Shown here: positions 25,359 through 33,330 of the stretch, one piece after another
How the letters are laid out: every line of letters begins with the position of its first letter
Numbering within the stretch: the stretch's first letter is position 1
IMG/VR virus record: IMGVR_UViG_2643221642_000002
Span: 1-64,000 of that record
Reading direction: 5' to 3' (one strand)
Length of the DNA stretch: 64,000 nucleotides
DNA from: a virus
Notes under the pieces: generated by a model
The model's input: the letters and a program-made list of their open reading frames with translations, nothing else
Databases searched by the model: none
What the model was told of the DNA's origin: nothing
Translations under genes and position numbers: made by a program

Positions 25359-26549
25359 ATGACGCACGCCCAATTGCCCGACCCGCTTACCTCGACCGAC
25401 TGCGATCTGCGCGGCCTGCCGTACATGCCGTTTGAGGTGCAGAACATCCTGATCTCCGACCTGGTCCTGCTCTCGACCGGAGACGAGTTCAAGGCCGCCA
25501 TGCTGCTGCGCGCGGCCTCGTGGAGCCGGATCCCGGCCGCATCCCTTCCGGACGAGCCGCGCGCCTTGGCCAAGCTGGCCGGCGTCGACTTCTGCGATTG
25601 GGAGAAGGTCAAGGATCGCGCCCTTCATGGCTGGGTCAAATGCTCGGACGGGTTCCTCTACCACCCGGACGTCGCGGATCGGGCGATGAACGCCCTGCCG
25701 GATCATCAGGTCTTCCAGGAAAAGCGGTCGGGCGACGCGGCCCGCAAACGGCGCGAGCGCGACGATCGCCGGCGCCTGTTCGAAGAAGCTTCGGGTCTGA
25801 ACCTGTCGGTCGCCTTCAACACCAAGACGAGCGACCTGCGCCGGTTGGTGGCGGACGCCATGGTCACGCGTGACCAGCGTGACAAGTCACGCGTGACAAG
25901 TCACGGCGAACAACGTGACCAAGACCGTGACCGTCCCCATGACATGTCACGATCTGAAGCTGTGACGGGTCACGAAAAAGTCACGGCTAGAAAGGGAAAG
26001 GGAAAAGAAGATTCCCCCCAACCCCCCACGGGGGGCGATCGTGACAGGTTCGACGAGGCATGGTCGGTCTTGCACGACAAATCCCGTGGTCCGGCGGACA
26101 TGGGCATGGCGCGGACCTTGTGGCGGGAGTTCATCGCTAGCGGCGAGATCGACGCCGACGGGCTGTTCGCGGCGACGAAAGCGGTCTCCGACGTCGTCTT
26201 CGCCTCGGGCGGTAAGCAGCCGATGAAGGCCTTCCACCGTTGGCTCAAGCTGCGCGAATGGCAGAACTGGGCGCCGACGGGCGGGCAGCCGAAGAGCCAC
26301 TGGACGGGGCCGGATCACATCCGTGACGCGATCATCGCCCAGGTCGCCAAGACCCGCTGCAGCCGCAAGGAAGGCGAGGCCTTCGCCGCCAGCTGGCTCG
26401 ACAGCGTGACGACGTGGAGCGACGTGCCTGCGGCGATCGTCTGCCTGGCCACAACGGTCGAGAAGAAGCTGCGGACCACGGTCGGCAAGATGCTGGTCGA
26501 CGAGTTCGGCGTGCAGGTGATCGTCAAGGCCGCCGGGGAGGCCGCCTGA
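25359..26549 (+). CDS. DUF1376-domain replication initiation protein (lambda-O-like role)
   Basis: N-terminal DUF1376 signature (LPYMPFEVQNILISDLVLLSTGDEFKAAMLLRAASWSR…). The central low-complexity linker is encoded by iteron-like DNA. Confidence 0.65.
   Translation: MTHAQLPDPLTSTDCDLRGLPYMPFEVQNILISDLVLLSTGDEFKAAMLLRAASWSRIPAASLPDEPRALAKLAGVDFCDWEKVKDRALHGWVKCSDGFLYHPDVADRAMNALPDHQVFQEKRSGDAARKRRERDDRRRLFEEASGLNLSVAFNTKTSDLRRLVADAMVTRDQRDKSRVTSHGEQRDQDRDRPHDMSRSEAVTGHEKVTARKGKGKEDSPQPPTGGDRDRFDEAWSVLHDKSRGPADMGMARTLWREFIASGEIDADGLFAATKAVSDVVFASGGKQPMKAFHRWLKLREWQNWAPTGGQPKSHWTGPDHIRDAIIAQVAKTRCSRKEGEAFAASWLDSVTTWSDVPAAIVCLATTVEKKLRTTVGKMLVDEFGVQVIVKAAGEAA
25862..26050. repeat. Iteron-like palindromic repeats + A-rich/C-rich tract (candidate origin of replication)
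   Basis: GGTCACGCGTGACC (25862-25875); tandem GCGTGACAAGTCAC ×2 (25877-25904); further GTGAC/GTCAC half-sites to ~25990; then aaagggaaagggaaaagaag and ccccccaaccccccacgggggg. Confidence 0.55.
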
Positions 26550-26734
26550 TGGGTTGGTTCGAGTTGATCATCGGCCTCCACGTCATCGTGCTTGCTGTTG
26601 GCGCTGCGTTTTTGGCGCGTCGAATGCGGCGAGCGAAGCGTCTTGATCGTGCCCTTTTCGAGATTCGGCGCGACGAGATGAAGCGTCGGAACGCTGAGCT
26701 GTTCGCGCGCTACGACCGGAAGGTGGGCCGCTGA
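26549..26734 (+). CDS. Small membrane protein
   Basis: 61 aa with an N-terminal TM segment (WFELIIGLHVIVLAVGAAFLA); TGATG coupling. Confidence 0.45.
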   Translation: MGWFELIIGLHVIVLAVGAAFLARRMRRAKRLDRALFEIRRDEMKRRNAELFARYDRKVGR

Positions 26735-26991
26735 TGGCCACGATCACATGGAGCGTCGAGGACTTCCGGACCGGCAAGCGCTGGGACGGCGCTGCCGAGA
26801 ACGTCATCACGGCCAAGTACGAAGCGCAGATGGCCATAGACGCCACTGGCCGGAAGGCTCTGGCCGGCATCAAGGCGACGGTCGTTCGGTCGCCCAGAAC
26901 TGGGGCGCCGACCCTGTGGCACGCCCGGTCGATCGCGCAGCGGTTCGGCCCCGACAAGCTGACATGGGATGAGGTAAAGGCCGATGCGTGA
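26734..26991 (+). CDS. Hypothetical protein
   Basis: 85-aa ORF; coupled to its neighbours. Confidence 0.45.
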   Translation: MATITWSVEDFRTGKRWDGAAENVITAKYEAQMAIDATGRKALAGIKATVVRSPRTGAPTLWHARSIAQRFGPDKLTWDEVKADA

Positions 26992-27298
26992 ACCGACGAT
27001 CACCTGCGGGGTCCTGGACTGCCGGATCACCGGCCGGCCGACCTTCGGGCGCAAGGCCTTCTTCTGCACCAAGCACGTCGGCCTGGCCTGCGATGACAGG
27101 TCCCTGAACGAGTACACCGGCCTGGCCGGAGAGCGGCGGCGCCTCGAGGCCCGCTGTACGGCCAAGCCGCACCTGGGCGCGGCCTCGTCCAGCCGGGGTC
27201 TCGGCCGCGCGACCTTCCTGGAGACCAACAGCTGGTCCCGCCTGGTCGACCAGATCAAGGCGAAGTTCGAATTGAAGCCGGGCGTGGAGTTGGGGTGA
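26984..27298 (+). CDS. Cys-rich zinc-finger-like protein (candidate transcription factor)
   Basis: C-x4-C…C-x2-H arrangement (ITCGVLDCRITGRPTFGRKAFFCTKH) in a ~100-aa protein. Confidence 0.5.
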   Translation: MREPTITCGVLDCRITGRPTFGRKAFFCTKHVGLACDDRSLNEYTGLAGERRRLEARCTAKPHLGAASSSRGLGRATFLETNSWSRLVDQIKAKFELKPGVELG

Positions 27299-28206
27299 TG
27301 GCGAAGTCGGGGGCGAGACGAGGCATTTTCAAGCCGGGCTTTGACGGGCCAAGGGACGAGACCCTGGGCCTGCCGGGCCGCGGCCAATCCGTGCCGGACG
27401 AGGGGGCGATCGACGCGCTGGAGGCGCGACTCCACCGGGCCATGCTGACCCTGACCACGCTGAGCGGCGACGGGCCGTCGGCGGTGCGCAGCGGCTGGCC
27501 GGACCATGTGATCGAACTGGCCGACCGGATCGAACGCGAGAAGGACGGCGACAAGCCGAAGCGGAAGTTCCGGCCCACCGGCGCCGACGTCGACGACCTG
27601 CTCGGCGCCCTGGCGCTGTTGGAGGGGCTGCGGACCGAGATCTACCAGCTGGTGCGCTACAAGGCGCTCGACGACTTCTACCTCGAGGACGGCGCGTCCT
27701 GGACCGACCTGGGCGACCAGTTCGGGCGCAGCGACAACTGGGCCCGCGAAACCTATCGCCGGGCCATGCTGCAGGCCGCCAAGCGGACCGGGATCGTGTT
27801 CTCGGCGCCGGAGGGTTACGCGGTCGTGGCGATCTGCACGATGGTCGAGGGCACGCTGTTCACGCACCTGTCGATCAGCGCCGACCCGCGCCAGGCCCTC
27901 TACGACATGAAGGCCCGGAACCCGACCGACATCGTCGACAGCTTCGCCGTCTGGACCAACGATCGGGCCACGGCGAAGGTCGTGCTGGACCAGGTGAAGG
28001 CCCACCACCTGGCGCAGCGCAAGCATGGCGGCTGGCACTACCTGAACCCGTTCGACGCCGAGTTCACGATCCTGGAGAAGGCCGAGGCCCTGGGGGCGTC
28101 GGTCCGCCAGCAGTACTTGGCCGGCGAGCCGCTGGAGGCGCCGGTGCGCCAGGTGGTCGTCGATCCCGTCGAAGAGATGCTGATCGCCATGGAGGTCGAG
28201 GCATGA
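27298..28206 (+). CDS. Putative DNA-binding protein (sigma-70 region-4-like HTH) with a C-terminal T5orf172/GIY-YIG-like segment
   Basis: Central segment LRTEIYQLVRYKALDDFYLEDGASWTDLGDQFGRSDNWARETYRRAMLQAAKR resembles a region-4 HTH. The C-terminal half (GYAVVAICTMVEG…HHLAQRKHGGWHYLN) is T5orf172-like. Confidence 0.4.
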   Translation: MAKSGARRGIFKPGFDGPRDETLGLPGRGQSVPDEGAIDALEARLHRAMLTLTTLSGDGPSAVRSGWPDHVIELADRIEREKDGDKPKRKFRPTGADVDDLLGALALLEGLRTEIYQLVRYKALDDFYLEDGASWTDLGDQFGRSDNWARETYRRAMLQAAKRTGIVFSAPEGYAVVAICTMVEGTLFTHLSISADPRQALYDMKARNPTDIVDSFAVWTNDRATAKVVLDQVKAHHLAQRKHGGWHYLNPFDAEFTILEKAEALGASVRQQYLAGEPLEAPVRQVVVDPVEEMLIAMEVEA

Positions 28207-28874
28207 CGGCGCGCGGGGTCACGGTGGCGGAGTTCGCGGACCGCTGTCGCGTCGTGCACCCCTCCCAGCAGCTGGGCAAGACCGAGTTGGCCCGCTGGGA
28301 GGCGCGGGCCGCGCCTTGGGCGCGGGACATCCTGGCGACGGTAATGGCTCCCGATGTCACGCACCTTCGGACCAAGCGTCTCGGGGACGGCGACGATCGC
28401 CGAGGATGGTACCAACGGGCCTTCGGAGAGCCGTTCAGCGACGAGGACATCACCATCGTCAAGCCGTCCTGCTGTGGCTTGACCGAGATCATGATGAGCC
28501 GAGCGCTGGAGGCCTACGACAGGCTCAACAGGTTCAGGGCGGCCAAGCACTGGTGGCGCATTGACGATCACGCGCTCGACGCCGGCCCGATGGTGATCGG
28601 CGTCGACTGGGCTGCCGACCGTGTCGAGTGGGACGTCGCGGACTGGGGAAGCGACAGCTGGCGGACATGCAATCCCGCGCCGACGATCGACCTGACACCG
28701 CCAGCCCGCATGACGAGGCGAGACCTTCTCGCCACTTCGGCGAACGTCGATATCAACAAAGTCAAATCTGTTAGATCGACAAAACCCGTGAATCAGGTGA
28801 TTCGGTCACTAGTGGTGCAGAAACGCGCGCCGCTCCCAAACATCGTCCGGAAGCGAGGCCATGGCCCCGCGTAA
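28203..28874 (+). CDS. Hypothetical protein
   Basis: 223-aa ORF with GGAGG SD and ATGA coupling. Its last ~45 codons run through an atypically AT-rich stretch and overlap terS by 14 nt. Confidence 0.45.
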   Translation: MTARGVTVAEFADRCRVVHPSQQLGKTELARWEARAAPWARDILATVMAPDVTHLRTKRLGDGDDRRGWYQRAFGEPFSDEDITIVKPSCCGLTEIMMSRALEAYDRLNRFRAAKHWWRIDDHALDAGPMVIGVDWAADRVEWDVADWGSDSWRTCNPAPTIDLTPPARMTRRDLLATSANVDINKVKSVRSTKPVNQVIRSLVVQKRAPLPNIVRKRGHGPA

Positions 28875-29658
28875 GACGACGAAGTCTTCTCGTAAATCCA
28901 GGGCCACACCGCTTCGGCGCGCCGACGACGTCACGTGGGTGACGGCCGCCGAGTACGCGCGCCGCGTCGGCATCACCAAGCCTCGGATGAGCGAATTCTT
29001 CAACAAGGGCATGCCGTTCGAGAACGGCAAGGATCCCGAGGGGCGCCGCGACTCCAAACTGGTGAACATCCACGAGGCTGATGCCTGGCGGATGGCCAAC
29101 ACCGAGGTGCGGGTTGCATCTGACGGAAGTCTACGCGGGCTGAACATGGCGGGAGGCGCGGAGCCGCCCGCCGGTTTGTCCCACGCTGGGAACGATCGGG
29201 GCGAGGGCGTCACTCCGGTCGATCCCAAGGCGGCGGTTCCCGACCCTCCCCCGGGGCCGCCGCCAACCCCATCGACATCGGCCCCGCCCGCGGCTTCCAC
29301 GCCGCCGGACTTGAGCCCCCAGCAGTTGGCCATGGCGCGGATCGCCGAGGCCAAGGCCGCGGGGGTCGAGGCGGACACCCGATGGAAGCAACAGCGCCTG
29401 GCCGCCGCCCAAGGCCTTCTGGTCGACCGCGAGGCCGCCGTCGGCGCCCATCGTGCCTTTGTCCAGAAGGTCGGCTCGTCGATCGACCGCATGCCCGCCA
29501 ACTTCGCCGGCGTCGTCGCCGCACGCCTGGGGGTCGCGGAGCACGAGGTGTTCCTGGCCCTGGATGAAATCGTCGCCGTGCAGATGAGAGAAGACCTTGC
29601 CAGCGACGCCCGCAGCCACGCCGCCGCCGCTGCCCAGCGGCGAGGGGGAAAACGATAA
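28861..29658 (+). CDS. terS: Terminase small subunit
   Basis: N-terminal HTH (VTAAEYARRVGITKPRMSEFFNKGMP) and position immediately upstream of the large terminase. Confidence 0.65.
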   Translation: MAPRKTTKSSRKSRATPLRRADDVTWVTAAEYARRVGITKPRMSEFFNKGMPFENGKDPEGRRDSKLVNIHEADAWRMANTEVRVASDGSLRGLNMAGGAEPPAGLSHAGNDRGEGVTPVDPKAAVPDPPPGPPPTPSTSAPPAASTPPDLSPQQLAMARIAEAKAAGVEADTRWKQQRLAAAQGLLVDREAAVGAHRAFVQKVGSSIDRMPANFAGVVAARLGVAEHEVFLALDEIVAVQMREDLASDARSHAAAAAQRRGGKR

Positions 29659-31576
29659 CTGGCCCGAGCTGCTGGGCGCGGCCGCTCTGCTCGACGCCGA
29701 AGCTGACGAGATCTCGCCCAAGGAGCGGCTGACGCCGCTGAAGTTCGGCGAAGAGCACCGGACGTACACCAAGGAAGGCAAGGACTCGCGCTGGCGGTCC
29801 AGAGCCACCCCCTGGGCCCGCGAGATCCTGGAGACCCTGGATCAGAAGAGCCCGTTTCAGCGGGTGGTGGCGCCCAAGGGCACCCAGCTCGGGTTCACGG
29901 AACTTGGCCTGATCTGGGCCGGGCAGGGGGTCACGCAGGGCCAGTCCCTGTTGATGATCCTGCCCAGCGAGGCGGTCGCCAAGCGGATCGTCAAGACCAA
30001 GTTCAAGCCGATGCTCAAGACCACGTCGGTCTTGAAGCAGTGCTTCCCCGGCCGGTCGATCGACACCGCCGGGCTGCACTTCAGCAACGACAACGTCGAC
30101 CTGATGTTCGGGGGCTCCAACAGCCCCAACAACTTCGCCTCGCTGACCGTCCAGCGCTTCATGGGCGACGAGGTCGATCGCTGGTCGCCGGAGCTGCTGA
30201 AGGAAGGCGACCCGGTCGACCTGGCCGCCAACCGCATCGCCGAGTACGGCGTGCTGGGGAAGATGTTCCTGCCGTCGTCGCCGACGGTCGAGGGCGCGTC
30301 GATCGTCTGGCGCGAATGGCTGCAGTCTGACCAGCGGGTGTTCGAGTGCCCCTGCCCAGGGTGCGGGACCAAGCAGCAGTGGCTGTGGGAAAACATCAAG
30401 TGGGACAACGGCGAGCCTGACACCGTCAAGCTCCAATGCGTGGCCTGCGAGGAGCAGTTCACGGAAGGATCCTGGAAAGGGATCTGGAACGACGGGGTCT
30501 GGCGGGCGACCGAACTGAACCCGATCCGAAAGGACACGGCGGGCTTCCACCTGTCGACCCTGTACGCCCGCCTCGGACAGCGCACCTGGGCCCAGCTGGT
30601 GCAGACCTGGGAGGCGGTGGTCGCCTCCGGCCTGTCGTCGCGGATGCAGGTGTTCCAGAACACCATCCTGGGCCTGCCCTGGAAGATCAGCGAAGACGCC
30701 ATGCAGGCGAGCGAGCTGCGCCAGCGGCTGGACGACACCATGGAGAAGGGCGTCGTCCCGGCCGGCGGACTGCTGCTGACGGCGGGTGTCGACTACCAGA
30801 AGAACCGGATCGAAGTGTTCGTCTGGGCTTGGGCCCGGGATCGCGAGCGCTGGCTGGTCGACAAGGTGGTCGTCGAGCGCCTGGACGCGGATCGCAAGCT
30901 GCGGCCGGCGAAGGACATCGCCGCCGACTTGGACGCGATGGCGCTCGACAAGGACTGGCGTCACGAGCTGGGCGGATGCCTGCGGGTCGAGATGGCCTTG
31001 CATGACGCCGGCGACCGGCCCTCGGATGTCTATGACGTCCTCGAGCACCTGGCCAAGTCCCGCAACGTCGGCTCCAAGGGGGCCGAGGGCTGGGGCAAGA
31101 TCGTCCACTTCTCGGCGCCGAAGGTCATCGACGTGACCCGCGACGGTAAGGTCGTGATGGCCGGCCGCCGGCAGATGTGGGTTTACACCGCCGAGGCGAA
31201 GCGGGCCTGGTACGACGACCTGCGTCGCGGCCCGTCCGCCGAAGGCCCCTCCGAGCGTTTCGTGCACCTGCCGTCGTGGATCGACGAGGAGAAAGACCTC
31301 CTGGAGGGCTTCGTCTCCGAGGAGCTGCGCAAGAGCAGCCGCGGCAAGCTGAAGTGGGAAAAGCTGATCGAGCGAAACGAGCCGCTGGACTGCGCGATTC
31401 TGGCGGAGGGCGCGCGCTGGCAGCTGAAGTCGCACCGCTGGAAGGAAGACGACTGGAGGCGTCGCGAGGCGCGGGTCACCAGCGAGGCCGAACCGCCCAA
31501 GGAACAACCCAGTCCGCCCCCAACCCCACAGGGTGGCGATGGCGACTGGATCAAATCACAGAAGGACTGGCTTTGA
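29597..31576 (+). CDS. terL: Terminase large subunit, lambda GpA family
   Basis: GpA-family organisation, including the conserved Cys cluster (ECPCPGCGTKQQW…KLQCVACEEQF). The only in-frame start is the TTG at 29597, which overlaps terS by 62 nt. Confidence 0.85.
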   Translation: MPATPAATPPPLPSGEGENDNWPELLGAAALLDAEADEISPKERLTPLKFGEEHRTYTKEGKDSRWRSRATPWAREILETLDQKSPFQRVVAPKGTQLGFTELGLIWAGQGVTQGQSLLMILPSEAVAKRIVKTKFKPMLKTTSVLKQCFPGRSIDTAGLHFSNDNVDLMFGGSNSPNNFASLTVQRFMGDEVDRWSPELLKEGDPVDLAANRIAEYGVLGKMFLPSSPTVEGASIVWREWLQSDQRVFECPCPGCGTKQQWLWENIKWDNGEPDTVKLQCVACEEQFTEGSWKGIWNDGVWRATELNPIRKDTAGFHLSTLYARLGQRTWAQLVQTWEAVVASGLSSRMQVFQNTILGLPWKISEDAMQASELRQRLDDTMEKGVVPAGGLLLTAGVDYQKNRIEVFVWAWARDRERWLVDKVVVERLDADRKLRPAKDIAADLDAMALDKDWRHELGGCLRVEMALHDAGDRPSDVYDVLEHLAKSRNVGSKGAEGWGKIVHFSAPKVIDVTRDGKVVMAGRRQMWVYTAEAKRAWYDDLRRGPSAEGPSERFVHLPSWIDEEKDLLEGFVSEELRKSSRGKLKWEKLIERNEPLDCAILAEGARWQLKSHRWKEDDWRRREARVTSEAEPPKEQPSPPPTPQGGDGDWIKSQKDWL

Positions 31577-31791
31577 TGACGGACGAGACCGACGCGGCCG
31601 CCGGCCTGGCGCGCCTGCGCAAGATCCGCGACTCCGGCGTCGTCCGCCAGCGCCAGTCCGACGGCAAGGAGACCTTGTTCGCTGAAGGCGCGGATCTGCA
31701 GACGCGCATCGATTCAGCCAAGGCCGACGTGAAGGAAGCGAGCGGTAAGACAACGGCCCGTACCGGCTACGCCGGTTTCGATCGGAACTGA
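31576..31791 (+). CDS. gpW-like head-tail joining protein
   Basis: 71 aa between terL and the portal gene, as in lambda; TGATG coupling. Confidence 0.55.
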   Translation: MTDETDAAAGLARLRKIRDSGVVRQRQSDGKETLFAEGADLQTRIDSAKADVKEASGKTTARTGYAGFDRN

Positions 31792-31792
31792 C

Positions 31793-33301
31793 ATGGCGCT
31801 CTCGCTCAGCTGGATGATCGACCGCACCGTCGAATGGTTTTCGCCGTCCTCGGCGCTCCAGCGCACACGTTCGCGGCTGGCCCTGGATGAGATGAAAGCG
31901 GGCGCCCAGGAGCTTGAACGGCGCCGATACGAGGCGGCCCAGCGTAGCCGTACCTCCGGTGACTGGCGCGGCAACGGCCTGTCGGGCAACGCCAACCTAT
32001 CGCCCGACCTGTCGTGGATCCGAGCCCGTGTCAGGCACATGGAGCAGAACCAAACCGAAGTGGCGACGGCGGTTCGAAACCTTACCGTCGACCTGACCGG
32101 GCTGGACATTCGCGCCGCGCACCCGACGAAGCAGGTCGTGGCAAAGGCCCAGAAGGCCTGGTCCGCGTTCCATGAACTCCTCGACTATGTGGTCAAGGAG
32201 AAGGTGATCGTCCGAGAGGTGATCCTGGGCGGCGAGGTGCTGATCGTCCTGCGCCCGCGCGGCAAGAAGCCCAGCCAGCGCATTCAGATTCTTCCGGGCG
32301 AGCAACTGGACCAGTCGAAGACTGAGATCCTGGCCAACGGCAACACCGTGGTCATGGGCGTGGAGCGCGATGCCGAGAGCGACGTCGTCGCCTACTGGAT
32401 CTTCCCGAACCACCCCGGCGACATGATCGGGACGATGGCATGGGCCTCGGAGCGTATCGAGGCCCGCTATGTTCTGCATGTCTTCGAAGAGCTGTGGCCC
32501 GACCAGGCGCGGGGCGTTCCCTGGTTCTATGCCAGCGTTCTGACCGACGATGAAATCGAACAGCTGCGCACGGCCCTGCGGGTGAAGCGCCGCGTCGAAG
32601 CTTGCCTTTCTATTCACGTCACGCCGGGCGAAGGCGGCCGCGAGGGCGACCTCTTGGGTAGCACTTCGAAGGATGATCGCGGACGGCAAATCGACAAGCT
32701 GGCGCCGGGCATGGTGCTCTATGGCAAGGCTGGGGACAAAGTCGAGGTCATCAACCCCTCGGCGTCAGGCGGGGCGGACGCCTTCGTGAAGTCCGAGGTG
32801 ATGCGGGCGTCGGCGGCCAAAGGTGTGCCGCACCACATCGTCAGCGGCGACGTCAGCAACGCCAACTATTCGTCGCTGCGCGCCGATATCGTGCCTTACC
32901 ACAGACGGCTGGACGACTGGATCTACACGGTCTTCGGCCCGAAGCTCCTGAAGCGCCTGTTCAAGGTCTGCATGGAGCTGGCGGTCCTGGAGACCGGCGA
33001 CAAACGGCTTCTGGATGTTCGGGGCGAGATCGCTGTTCCCGAGCGTGCCTGGGTGGATCCCTACAAGGACATCATGGCGCTTAAGGAACGGCTGCGACTG
33101 TTCCCCGGCCAGTTGCCAGAAGTCATGGCCCGCATGGGGATCGACTGGCGCGAGGCGTTCGCCCTGCAGGCCGAGGTCAACGAGGTGGCGGACGCCGACA
33201 AGCTCATCTACGACGCCGATCCCCGCCTGACGGCTGGTTCCGGCGCGATCCAGGCGGGGCTGATGCCCGCCGACGGACAGGACAAGTCCAAGGCCGCCTA
33301 G
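31793..33301 (+). CDS. Portal protein (lambda gpB family)
   Basis: 502 aa, position and size typical of a lambda-family portal (Phage_portal_2-like). Confidence 0.8.
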   Translation: MALSLSWMIDRTVEWFSPSSALQRTRSRLALDEMKAGAQELERRRYEAAQRSRTSGDWRGNGLSGNANLSPDLSWIRARVRHMEQNQTEVATAVRNLTVDLTGLDIRAAHPTKQVVAKAQKAWSAFHELLDYVVKEKVIVREVILGGEVLIVLRPRGKKPSQRIQILPGEQLDQSKTEILANGNTVVMGVERDAESDVVAYWIFPNHPGDMIGTMAWASERIEARYVLHVFEELWPDQARGVPWFYASVLTDDEIEQLRTALRVKRRVEACLSIHVTPGEGGREGDLLGSTSKDDRGRQIDKLAPGMVLYGKAGDKVEVINPSASGGADAFVKSEVMRASAAKGVPHHIVSGDVSNANYSSLRADIVPYHRRLDDWIYTVFGPKLLKRLFKVCMELAVLETGDKRLLDVRGEIAVPERAWVDPYKDIMALKERLRLFPGQLPEVMARMGIDWREAFALQAEVNEVADADKLIYDADPRLTAGSGAIQAGLMPADGQDKSKAA

Positions 33302-33330
33302 TGGCTGGCCGCTAACCCGAGAGGTTCCAC

